Source: a bacterium
GTDB lineage: Bacteria > UBA8248
Assembly (NCBI GenBank): GCA_965204535.1
Contig: CBDBEV010000001.1
Location: forward strand, 288,001 to 352,000
Length of the DNA stretch: 64,000 nt
Direction of reading: 5' to 3'
Part shown: positions 49,345 to 59,087 of the stretch, piece after piece
How the letters are laid out: every line of letters begins with the position of its first letter
How positions within the stretch are numbered: position 1 is the stretch's first letter
The notes under the pieces: generated by a model
Databases searched by the model: none
Told to the model about the DNA's origin: nothing
Seen by the model: the letters and a program-made list of their open reading frames with translations, nothing else
Made by a program: the position numbers and the translations under genes

Positions 49345-50238
49345 TCAAGTTTTTGCCGTGGCGCCGCTACCCGCAGGGACAGGTCGCGGCCTGTCCCTGC
49401 AGGTGCGATTCGGCTTTGTTCGTCATTCCGGCGGCGGTCAATGTCAACCGGGAAGAGGTATCCGTAGGGACAGGCCCCCGTGCCTGTCCTGATGCGGGGC
49501 GGCCACGGGCGCAGACATCTTCGATACGGGCGGCCACGGGGTCAGACATATATGTCTGACCCCTACGGGAGCCTTGTCGTTCGGGAATCACTCCCCCCTT
49601 GAGGGGGCCGTTGAAAAAGCCCGTTTTCTCAGGAGATAAAGGCAACCCCCCCTACCCCCCCTTGTCAGGGGGGTCTTTTTATTGTTCCCCCCTGTCGGGG
49701 GGAGGCCTTCTTTTTTTATACCCTCCTACTTGCCGGGGCATTGCTTTTTTATACCCCCCTGACAAGGGGGGGTAGGGGGGGTTACTCCCTCCACCGAGGA
49801 GAATTTGATATTCACTCCCCCCTTGAGGGGGCTGTTGAAGAACCCTCCAGTGTCAGGATTGCCGTCATTCCGGCTACCGACCCTGTAGGGACAGGCCCCT
49901 GTGCCTGTCCAAGGCCCCCATGCTTGTCCCTGCGAAGCACAGCCACGGAGATGGACATATCCGATACGGGCGGCCACGGGGGGTCAGGGCGGCCTCTGGG
50001 GACCGCCCTGCTACGGGTGAATGCGGTTTTGTTCGTCATTCCGGCAATCAATGCCGACCGAGGAGGGAGGGATTGCCGGAATGACGAAGGATAACCATGC
50101 ACGTCCGTAGTCCGCAGGGACAGGTCGCGACCTGTCCCTGCAGGATCGGCGGACAGGCGCCGGGGGCCACGGACAGGCACGGGGGCCTGTCCCTACGGCG
50201 AACAATCTCGAAGGTCGGATAGGGTTTTCCAACAACCC
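49345..50238 (+). repeat. Mosaic cluster of REP-like palindromes (left)
   Basis: GTAGGGACAGGCCCC.GTGCCTGTCC, GGGTCAGACATATATGTCTGACCCCTAC, CCCCCCTACCCCCCCTTGTCAGGGGG in both orientations, GTCATTCCGGC..GCCGGAATGAC. Confidence 0.85.
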
Positions 50239-50457
50239 GCCTCGTCGCTTCCCTTCATCGCCCGCGCCTCCCGGGAACGGCGGCAGGGAAAACGTGAAAA
50301 TACACGAAAAAAGCATGAAACCCCAAAAAAAGGATATAAAATTACGGTCGGCCATGATATAATTGATCGATCAAATAATAAATAGACGTTCCACCTGAAG
50401 GGGAGGCGGACGGCCCGTCGCGAAAAATCGCAATACCGGGAAGGGGGGATCAGGAAA

Positions 50458-53400
50458 ATGAGACATCGCTCGAGAGAAGACCGACGGGGCTTGCAGGCGG
50501 AGGCGGCTGCGGTCCGTCATCCGTCATCCGAAGAAGAGGGCGGCATGAGCGCCGGACGGCTGTCCGGGCGCCGCAAGCCGGCTTCCCGGACCCCGGCGGA
50601 GCCCGTCCCGGGTTTATCGGGGGGCTCCCTCCCGCCTGAGCCGGCCGCCGCCCCCCGCGGGCGCGCACGCAAGCTCCTCTCCCCTTCATCCGGACTGACC
50701 GGCGGCCACGGCGCCGCTCCGGCAGGCTCGCGCCGGGCCGCGTCCGCGTGGCGCCGCCTCGCGCTGCTGCCCGTCCTCGCGCTGGTGCTCGGCGCGCTGT
50801 GCCTGCTCGACGCCGCCCCGGTCGGGGCCACTCATGAGACCGCACCTACCGGCGTCTCCGTGTCAGCATCGCAGTCGGGACAGTTGGCGGTCACCTGGAC
50901 CAAGCCCGCCAGCACCCTCGGCTCAAGGGTACGATGGCGTGTGAAGTCCCCGCAAGGCAGCTGGCAAGGAGGCGGTGAGGGCGAAAGAGTATTCAATCAA
51001 AGCTGCGCCGCTACTACATGCTCATTCACGATAACGGGCTTGACCAACGGGACCACATATGAGGTCCAGGTAGGTATAAGGAATTTTCACGATCATTGGT
51101 CCGCCAGCGCGGACGGCACCCCCCAGGGCGCCGCGCTGTCCACCAACGCGAACCTGAGCGGTCTGACGGCGAAGAGCGCGGCGAGCGCGACGGGCACGTT
51201 CTCGGCGCTCGCGTTGACCCCGGCGACCTTCTCGGCGGCGACGACCGCCTACACCGCCTCGGTGGCGAACGGCGTCACGCACGTGAAGCTGACGCCGACG
51301 AAGGCGCACACCGGCGCCTCGATCAAGGTCGGCAAGGGGACGAGCCTCTCGGCGGTGACCAGCGGCTCGGAGAGTTCGGCCATCGCGCTCTCGGTGGGTT
51401 CGAACGCCATCAAGGTCGAGGTCACGGCCCAGGACGGCACGACGAAGCGGACCTACACCGTCACCGTGACGCGGGCGGCCGCCACCCTGTCCACCAACGC
51501 GAACCTGAGCGGTCTGACGGCGGCGGGCGCGACGAGCGCGACGGGCGCGTACTCTTCGCTTTCGCTGACGCCTGCGTTCTCGGCGACCCGGACCTCGGCC
51601 ACCTACGAGGTCTCGGTGCCCGTCAACATCACGCATGTGAAGCTGACGCCGACGAAGGCGCACACCGGCGCTTCCATCAAGGTCGGCAAGTTTGCCACGG
51701 TCCTGAGCCCGGTGAACAGCGGCTCGGAGAGTTCGGCCATCGCGCTCTCGGCGGGCTCGACCCTGCTCGTGGTCGAGGTGACGGCCCAGGACGGCACGAC
51801 GAAGAAGACCTACAACCTCACCATGCGGTGGGACGCCTCGACCCCATCCCCCCTCTGGTCGGCGACGCTGACGGCGAAGGCCACAACCGGCACTGGCAGA
51901 GGGTGCGACAACTCGGTAACGGGCAGCAAGTGCAGTTCGACCTCGGTGCTGACGGACGACGACTTCACGCACGCAAGCCACACCTACGAGATTTCAGCAG
52001 TGGAGGGCGTCGATGGCGGCGACCGCCTGACGGTCGAATTCAACCGCGATGCGACCGTCACGCTGGACGGCTACAAGCTGTGCGTCGGCGCGACGGCGTT
52101 GGCGTTCTCATCCGCCACTCATACCGCGGGCAATCGTTTCGCCGCGTGGACCCCCTCTCCGGCCCTGCCGATTCGCACCGGCGACACGGTCTCGCTGAGC
52201 ATCGTGCCCTCCGGCTCGTCCTGCCCGACCGCGGCCCCGACCGCCCGGACGCCGACCGCGGCCGGCCCGAGCGCGGGCCTGGCGCTGTCGGTGGCGCCGG
52301 GCGACGGGTCGCTGGCGCTGACGTGGAACAAGCCGTGGGGGCCGAACTATATCTATGAGGTGCAGTGGAAGGCGTCCTCGGCGCCGGACGCGGACGCGAG
52401 CACGCCGGGCGACCCGTCGACCGGCTGGGTGGCGCCCGGGCGCGCGCGGATTGTCAATGGCGTGCCCCAGACCCGCTACACCTCCCGCACGGAGTACACG
52501 ATTCGGGGGCTGGCCAACGGCACGGCCTACGACGTGCGGGTGCGCCCGTACGCCTATCCCGGTGAGGCCGAATGGCCCTGGTCCGCCGGCACGGGCACGC
52601 CGGCGGCGCCGGCCCCGCCCGCGTCGCTGACGCTGAGCGTGGACGCCGAGGCCATCGAGCACGAAGGCTCGGTGACGGTGACGGCGCGGCTGGACGCGCC
52701 GGCGATGAAGGCGATGGAGGTGTGGTTCGACACCGCGGGCGACGGCGGCGCGGCGCGCTGGGGCCCGGACTGCGCCTGGGAGCACGGCGCGAGCGACATG
52801 TTTGCCGCCGGCCAGCGGGAGGCGACGGTGAAGCTGTGCGCGACCGCGGCGGGCGCGGGGCGGACGATGACGGTCACGGCGGGGACCCACGATCCGGCGC
52901 TGACGGCGGCGGCCGTCAGGGTGCGGGTGCAGGGGCCGAACCCGCCGACGGCGCTGTCGGTGCACGCGGACCCGCAGGCCGTGGCGGCGGGCGGCACGGT
53001 GACGGTGACCGTGCGCCTCGACCGGCCGAGCGCGCCGGGCATGACGGTGCACCTCCACCTTAATGGCGTCGGGGCGGCGTCGTGGGGCGCGTGCGGCGGG
53101 ACCGCCGCCGCCCGGACCCTGCCCTCGCCCCTCTCCGGGTACCGGAGGGTGGAGATACCGCCCGGCGGGCGGGAGGCGGCGGCGGAGCTGTGCGTACTGT
53201 GGGAGGCCGGGCCGCGCCTGGAGCTCGGCGCGTATTCCTACGCGCCGCGGCTGGACGCGCCGGACCTGGCGCTGCCGGGGCCGGGGGGCCTGGGCCTGCG
53301 CGCGCTGACGGTGACCTCGCCGGACCCGTCGCAGCGGGTGGCGCAGGGCGAGGTGGCGCTTGAGGCGCAGAGCAGCAGCTACGAGGTGCGGGTGCCGCTC

Positions 53401-56361
53401 GCGGTGGACCGGGTGACGGTGAAGCCGGCGGCGAAGTACGCGTCGGCGGCGGTGAAGGTGAACGGCCAGGCGGTGGACGCCGGCGCGCCGGCGGTCGACG
53501 TGCCGCTCGAGGAGGGCGAGAACCCGGTCGTCATCGAGGTGTCCGTGCCGAAGGTGCCGGCGGTGCGGAAGTACACCCTGACGGTGGTGCGGGGCGGCGA
53601 GGCGGAGGGCGGGGAGCGGCAGGGCGACCTGCTGACGGCCTCGTTCGAGGCGGCGCCGGAGACGCACGACGGCGGGACGTTCACGTTCCTGGTGCGCCTG
53701 AGCGAGGTGCTGGGGACGAGCTACAGCCGCACGCTGCGGGCGGCGGCGTTCGCGGTCGCGCATGGCCGGGTGGAGAGCGTGGAGCAGGTCGAGGCCGGGC
53801 TGTGGCGCGTGCGGGTCGCGCCGTCTTCGGCGGCGAAGGCGGTGACGGTGACGCTTGCGGGCGGGCGCGGCTGCGACGCGGACGGGGCGGTGTGCACGCC
53901 CGACGGGCGGGCGCTGTCGAACACGTCGGTCGCGGCGGTGGCGGCGGCGCCGGCGTGCGAGGCCGGGGCGGGACCGCTGTGCGGGCTCGCGCTCACGGCC
54001 GGTTCGGGGGCGGTGGCGCTGAGCCCGGCGTTCGCGCCGGGGGTGACGTTCTACCGGGCGTCGGTGCCGGCGGGGACGGCGGGCGTGACGCTGGCGCCGC
54101 ACTGGGGCGGCGAGGCGAGCGTGTTCGCGGGCTCGCGCTGGGGCGCGACGACCTTCACGCGCCCGGCGCGGGTGCGGCCCTCGGGCACGGCGGTCGCGCT
54201 GGCCCTCGCGCCGGACGGCGGCGCGACCGAGCTGTGGGTGATGGCGAGCGGTCCGGGCGGCCGGAAGACCTACCGCATCGACGTGACCGAGGCGCAGGCG
54301 CGCGCGGAGCCGCTGACGGCGGCGTTCGAGGCGGTGCCCCCGGAGCACGACGGCCGTGAGGCGTTCTGGCTGAAGGTGCGCTTCAGCGAGGCGCTGGGCG
54401 CGGGCGGCGGCGTTCCGAGCCCGGCGTCGTTCCGGGTGCGCGCCGGCAAGGCGAGGAAGGTGGAGCGGGTCGAGGCGGGGCTGTGGCGGGTGAAGGTGAG
54501 GCCCGATGCGTGGCGCGACGTGACGGTGACGCTGGCGGACGGCCGCGGCTGCGCGGAGGAGGGCGCGGTGTGCGCGTCCGGCGGGCGGGCGCTCGCGAAC
54601 GCGCCGGTCGCGACGGTCGGCGGCCCGGTGCGGATCCGGATCGAGGGCGGCAAGGCGCGCGAGGGCAAGGACGCATCGCTCGACTTCGCGGTGACGCTGA
54701 ACCGCGCGGCGGCGCACGAGGTGTCGGTGGACTACGCGACGGCGGACGGCGCGGCGAAGGCGGGGGCGGACTACACGGCCGCGTCCGGCACGCTCGTCTT
54801 CGCGCCGGGCGAGACGGCGAAGACGGTGAGCGTGGCGATCCTCGACGACGCGGTGGACGAGGGCAAGGAGACGTTCGTGCTCCGGCTGTCGAACCCGCGG
54901 GGGGCGTATCTGCGGGGCATCCACCGCGAGGCGAAGGGGGTGATCCGGAACGAGGACCCGATGCCGGGGGTGTGGCTCGCGCGCTTCGGGCGCACGGCGG
55001 CGGAGAACGTGGTGGAGGCGGTGGGCGCGCGCATCGAGGGTGACGCCGGGGCGGCGAGGATGGTGCTGGGCGGGCAGGAACTGGGCCTGGACGGCTCCGC
55101 CGGCCGCGAGGCGCTCCTCGCGCGCCTGGCGGAACGCTACCGGCGCGAGGCCGGCGCCCGGCGCGAGCGCGGGGAAGACGCGCCGCCCCCGGTGCGCGAG
55201 GTCTCGATGAGCGAACTCCTGCTCGCGAGCTCGTTTCACATGGCCTCGGCGGGTGACGCGGGCGCCTCCCCGGGGCGCTGGTCGGTGTGGGGCCGCGGGG
55301 CGCGCTCCTCGTTCAGCGGCAAGGAGGGCGTCCTCACGCTCGAGGGCGACGTGACGACGGCGGCGCTGGGCGCGGACTACGAGCGCGCGCGCTGGCTGGT
55401 GGGCGTGGCGCTCGCGCGGAGTTCGGGCGACGGTTCCTACAGGGCGGACGGCGCGGGCGGCGCGGGCGAGGTGGAGAGCGCGCTGACGGGCGTCTACCCC
55501 TACGCGCGCTACCGGGTGAGCGGGTCGTTCTCGCTCTGGGGCGTGGTGGGCCTGGGCTCGGGCGGGATGACGCTCACGCCCGGGGGCGCGCCGCCGGTGG
55601 ACGCCGACGTCGATATGGGAATGGCGGCGGGGGGCGCGCGCGGCGTCCTCCTGCCCGCGCGGGCGCCGGGCGGGTTCGAGCTCGCCCTTCGCGCGGACGT
55701 CCTCGTGACGGACACGCGCTCGGACGCCGCGGCGGATCTCGCGGAGACCGAAGCGGGGACGAGCCGGGTGCGGCTCTTGCTGGAGGGTTCGCGCTCGCTC
55801 CGGTTCGGCGATGCGGTGCTGACGCCCTCGGTGGAGATAGGGTTCCGGAACGATTCGGGCGACGCGGAAACAGGCGGGGGCGTCGAGGCGGGCGGCGGCC
55901 TCCGCTGGTCCTCGGGCGCCCTGACGGCGGAGGTGCGCGCGCGCGGCCTCATCTCCCACAATGAGGGCGGTTATGAGGAATGGGGCGTGAGCGCCTCGGT
56001 GGGGTACGCGCCGGGCCCGGACGGGCGCGGTCTCTCGCTCCGCGCGGGTTCGTCCTGGGGCGCGGCCGCGGGCGGCGCCGAGCGGCTCTGGTCGCAGGCG
56101 GCGGGCCTCTCGCCGGGCGGTGCGTTCGAGCCGGGCGCCGCGGGCTTCGACGCCGAGGCGGGCTGGGGCCTCGACGCCTGGGGCGGACTCCTGACGCCCT
56201 ACACCGGCTTCACGCTCACCGGGAGCGGGGAGACGTACCGCGCGGGCGGGCGCTTCCGGCTCGCCGAATCCCTCACCATGAGCCTCGAGGGCGACCTGCG
56301 CGAGAGGGACGGGGGCGCTTCCGTCCACGGCGTGGCGCTCAAGGGCTCGATGCGGTGGTAG
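50458..56361 (+). CDS. Large autotransporter adhesin (FN3, cadherin-like beta-sandwich repeats, Calx-beta, C-terminal barrel)
   Basis: TITGLTNGTTYEVQV FN3; tandem STNANLSGL..TAQDGTT.KTY repeats (51136, 51487); VDYATADG.A.AG.DYTA.SGTL.F Calx-beta; WLARFGRT linker and barrel ending SMRW; start uncertain. Confidence 0.92.
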   Translation: MRHRSREDRRGLQAEAAAVRHPSSEEEGGMSAGRLSGRRKPASRTPAEPVPGLSGGSLPPEPAAAPRGRARKLLSPSSGLTGGHGAAPAGSRRAASAWRRLALLPVLALVLGALCLLDAAPVGATHETAPTGVSVSASQSGQLAVTWTKPASTLGSRVRWRVKSPQGSWQGGGEGERVFNQSCAATTCSFTITGLTNGTTYEVQVGIRNFHDHWSASADGTPQGAALSTNANLSGLTAKSAASATGTFSALALTPATFSAATTAYTASVANGVTHVKLTPTKAHTGASIKVGKGTSLSAVTSGSESSAIALSVGSNAIKVEVTAQDGTTKRTYTVTVTRAAATLSTNANLSGLTAAGATSATGAYSSLSLTPAFSATRTSATYEVSVPVNITHVKLTPTKAHTGASIKVGKFATVLSPVNSGSESSAIALSAGSTLLVVEVTAQDGTTKKTYNLTMRWDASTPSPLWSATLTAKATTGTGRGCDNSVTGSKCSSTSVLTDDDFTHASHTYEISAVEGVDGGDRLTVEFNRDATVTLDGYKLCVGATALAFSSATHTAGNRFAAWTPSPALPIRTGDTVSLSIVPSGSSCPTAAPTARTPTAAGPSAGLALSVAPGDGSLALTWNKPWGPNYIYEVQWKASSAPDADASTPGDPSTGWVAPGRARIVNGVPQTRYTSRTEYTIRGLANGTAYDVRVRPYAYPGEAEWPWSAGTGTPAAPAPPASLTLSVDAEAIEHEGSVTVTARLDAPAMKAMEVWFDTAGDGGAARWGPDCAWEHGASDMFAAGQREATVKLCATAAGAGRTMTVTAGTHDPALTAAAVRVRVQGPNPPTALSVHADPQAVAAGGTVTVTVRLDRPSAPGMTVHLHLNGVGAASWGACGGTAAARTLPSPLSGYRRVEIPPGGREAAAELCVLWEAGPRLELGAYSYAPRLDAPDLALPGPGGLGLRALTVTSPDPSQRVAQGEVALEAQSSSYEVRVPLAVDRVTVKPAAKYASAAVKVNGQAVDAGAPAVDVPLEEGENPVVIEVSVPKVPAVRKYTLTVVRGGEAEGGERQGDLLTASFEAAPETHDGGTFTFLVRLSEVLGTSYSRTLRAAAFAVAHGRVESVEQVEAGLWRVRVAPSSAAKAVTVTLAGGRGCDADGAVCTPDGRALSNTSVAAVAAAPACEAGAGPLCGLALTAGSGAVALSPAFAPGVTFYRASVPAGTAGVTLAPHWGGEASVFAGSRWGATTFTRPARVRPSGTAVALALAPDGGATELWVMASGPGGRKTYRIDVTEAQARAEPLTAAFEAVPPEHDGREAFWLKVRFSEALGAGGGVPSPASFRVRAGKARKVERVEAGLWRVKVRPDAWRDVTVTLADGRGCAEEGAVCASGGRALANAPVATVGGPVRIRIEGGKAREGKDASLDFAVTLNRAAAHEVSVDYATADGAAKAGADYTAASGTLVFAPGETAKTVSVAILDDAVDEGKETFVLRLSNPRGAYLRGIHREAKGVIRNEDPMPGVWLARFGRTAAENVVEAVGARIEGDAGAARMVLGGQELGLDGSAGREALLARLAERYRREAGARRERGEDAPPPVREVSMSELLLASSFHMASAGDAGASPGRWSVWGRGARSSFSGKEGVLTLEGDVTTAALGADYERARWLVGVALARSSGDGSYRADGAGGAGEVESALTGVYPYARYRVSGSFSLWGVVGLGSGGMTLTPGGAPPVDADVDMGMAAGGARGVLLPARAPGGFELALRADVLVTDTRSDAAADLAETEAGTSRVRLLLEGSRSLRFGDAVLTPSVEIGFRNDSGDAETGGGVEAGGGLRWSSGALTAEVRARGLISHNEGGYEEWGVSASVGYAPGPDGRGLSLRAGSSWGAAAGGAERLWSQAAGLSPGGAFEPGAAGFDAEAGWGLDAWGGLLTPYTGFTLTGSGETYRAGGRFRLAESLTMSLEGDLRERDGGASVHGVALKGSMRW

Positions 56362-56439
56362 GGGCGGACCCGGGGGAAGCGCAGGCCGTTCCTCCCTGCC
56401 CGGATGAACGACCCGTTTTTCCATACGGACGATGCGAAC

Positions 56440-57490
56440 CGATGCGGGCGGACGGGACATGCCCGTCGGAACGTCCTCACCGGCCGGGTCGCATATATGC
56501 GACCCCTACGAAAGAACATCCCCCCGTGGTTGTCCTTCACCCGTAGGGACAGGCCCCCGTGCCTGTCCTGATGTGGGACGGCCACGGGCGTAGACATCTT
56601 CGATACGGGCGGCCACAGGGGGCCGCCCCTACGGGAGCCATTCGAGGGGGCGCACAGGGCTCTTTCATACCCCCCTGACAAGGGGGGGTAGGGGGGGTTG
56701 GTTTCAAACCGGGGGAAGGGCGGACACATCGGTCCGCCCTGCGGATTCGTTACGTTCGGTTTTGTAGGGGCCGCATACATGCGGCCCGTCGCCGGGAGGC
56801 GAAAAAACCAGGGTCGCATGTATGTCGGACATATATGTCCGACATACACGAGAATCCTCCGTTCACAGAGGAGGCCTTTGGTCGTCATTCTGGCCACCGA
56901 CCCCGTAGGGACAGGTCGCGACCTCGGACAGGCACAGGGGCCCGTCCGCTACAGGTGCGATTCGGCTTTGTTCGTCATTCTGGCGGCGGTCAATGTCAAC
57001 CGGGAAGAGGTATCCGTAGGGACAGGCCCCCGTGCCTGTCCTGATGTGGGGCGGCCACAGGGTCAGACATATATGTCTGACCCCTACGGGAGCCTTGTCG
57101 TTCGGGAATCACTCCCCCCTTGACAGCGAACAAAGGCAACCCCCCCTACCCCCCCTTGTCAGGGGGGTATGAAAAAGCAAGACCCCAAAAAAGGATCAAC
57201 TCCCCCCTTGAGGGTCATCCCTTCACGCGCGAGATATGCAATCAACTCCCCCCTTGTCGGGGTTGTTGAAAAGGCCCCTGCGCACCCCTCGAACGGCGAC
57301 TGTAGGGGTCAGACATATATGTCTGACCCCGTGGCCGCCCGTCGGTCGTATTCACCCGGATACAGCAAGGGCGCGAGGGCCACGGACAGGCACGGGGGCC
57401 TGTCCTTGCTACGGTGAACAATTCGATGATCGGGATTCCTTCCCCACCGGAGGGTTTTTCAACAACCCCACAAGGGAGGCAGGGGGGGTG
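56440..57490 (+). repeat. Mosaic cluster of REP-like palindromes (right)
   Basis: Same units as 49345-50238; block 56952-57123 nearly identical to 49400-49602 apart from a ~30-nt indel. Confidence 0.85.
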
Positions 57491-57863
57491 GTTTTCGGGC
57501 CGGGGCGCATTTGCCCGCATTTGCCGTCATCCCCAAAACCGCAGACTGCGCTATCGTGCGCGCGACGCGGGGAAGGTGTTTTTCCCCGGCGGATTGAGGC
57601 GCAGGCGGAGGAGGCTTTCTCATGGGATGGGGTGATGGAGCGGGGAAGCGTGACGGGAATGGGTTCAGGGACGGCATGAAAATAAAAATAATGATATTTC
57701 CCGTAAAATGCGATTAATCATTGTCATGAACCCGGTGTCGGCGCGATAGTATGATTGACTACGTATGTCTACGATAACTGATTGTTTATAATACCATATT
57801 TCTGTTATTTCGTACCCAGCTACCCCTTGCATTTTCGCCATACATATGCTTAGATAGCCTCCA

Positions 57864-57897
57864 GTTTGATGTCGCACGTATGCGTTTTGATTACAGA
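57864..57897 (+). promoter_or_regulatory. Conserved motif upstream of integrase (copy 2)
   Basis: GTTTGATGTCGCACGTATGCGTTTTGATTACAGA, 30/34 identical to 23357-23390. Confidence 0.55.
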
Positions 57898-57910
57898 TTC
57901 AGGAGGGAAG

Positions 57911-59086
57911 ATGCCGAAGCGAAGCGAACTGAAACTCACGAAGCGCACCGTCGACGCGCTCGAGGCCGACGGGAAGGACGCTCTCTTCTGGGACCGGGAG
58001 CTGGCGGGCTTCGGGGTGCGCGTCCACGCCACGGGCAGGAAGACCTGGGTGGTGCAGTCCCGGGGACCCGGGGGTCCCAAGCGCGTGACGCTCGGCCGTC
58101 ACGGGGAGCTGGCCGTCGATGAGGCCAGGAAACAGGCCGCCCTCATTATCGACCGCATCAAGCGCGGCGAGGATTTCAGCGCCGCGGCGCCCGAGGCGGA
58201 GACCACCGTGGCCGGACTCGCCGAACGCTTCATGCGCACCCACGTGGAGAAACACCTGAAGCCCGCCAGCGTTGCCGCATACCGCACCACGCTCGACAAA
58301 CACATCCTGCCGGCCCTGGGCGGGATGGGCATGGAGGAGATCGGCGGGGCGGAAGTCACGGCGCTCCATCACGGCCTTCGCGATACGCCGGTCCTGGCGA
58401 ACCAGGCGGTCCATCTGCTTTCGCGCATGTTCGTACTTGCCGAAGCGTGGGAGCTGGTACCGCCCGGGCGGAACCCCTGCCTCGCCGTGCGCCGCTACAG
58501 GACGCAGGCGCGCGAGCGGTTCCTGGCGCCTGAGGAATACCGGAGGCTGGGCCTTGCGCTCAGGCAAACCGAGGCGGAGGGCGGGATATGGCCGCCCGCT
58601 ATAGCGGCCATCCGGCTGCTCGTACTTACCGGATGCCGCAGGGGCGAGATACTGAACTTGCGCTGGGACGACGTGGACCGCACGGCGGGGGACCTGAGAC
58701 TCAGGGACGCCAAGGCGGGTCCCCGGATGGTGCCCCTGACGAAGCCCGTGCTCAGGGTGCTGGACGGGGTTCCCCATCAGCCGGAGGTTCCCTGGGTGAT
58801 CGCGGGCCAAAGGCCGGGGAGGCGCCTCACGGGCCTGCAATACTACTGGCGGTCCGTCCGGGCGCGGGCGGGGCTTCATGATGTCCGCATCCATGACCTC
58901 AGACATTCGTACGCCAGCCGGGCGCTGGCGCTGGGCGAGAGCCTCTACACGATCGGGAAACTCCTCGGGCACACGAGCGTGGCGACGAGCGCGCGCTACG
59001 CGCACCTGATGCACGAGGCCGAGAGGGAGGCGGCGGTGCGGGTGGGCGGGAGCATCGGCGCGCACGTCACGAGCCGAGGGAGGTAG
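57911..59086 (+). CDS. Tyrosine recombinase/integrase (first of a tandem pair)
   Basis: AGGAGG RBS; TGCR, DAKAG, HDLRH, LLGH, SARY. Confidence 0.95.
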   Translation: MPKRSELKLTKRTVDALEADGKDALFWDRELAGFGVRVHATGRKTWVVQSRGPGGPKRVTLGRHGELAVDEARKQAALIIDRIKRGEDFSAAAPEAETTVAGLAERFMRTHVEKHLKPASVAAYRTTLDKHILPALGGMGMEEIGGAEVTALHHGLRDTPVLANQAVHLLSRMFVLAEAWELVPPGRNPCLAVRRYRTQARERFLAPEEYRRLGLALRQTEAEGGIWPPAIAAIRLLVLTGCRRGEILNLRWDDVDRTAGDLRLRDAKAGPRMVPLTKPVLRVLDGVPHQPEVPWVIAGQRPGRRLTGLQYYWRSVRARAGLHDVRIHDLRHSYASRALALGESLYTIGKLLGHTSVATSARYAHLMHEAEREAAVRVGGSIGAHVTSRGR

Positions 59087-59087
59087 A

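Noticed and set aside
52108-56460. 1450-aa minus-strand ORF
   Set aside because: Arg/Ala/Pro-rich antisense shadow of the very GC-rich autotransporter
49345-57490. CRISPR array in the repeat clusters
   Set aside because: Repeats are palindromic modules in both orientations with irregular spacing and no unique constant-length spacers; no cas genes
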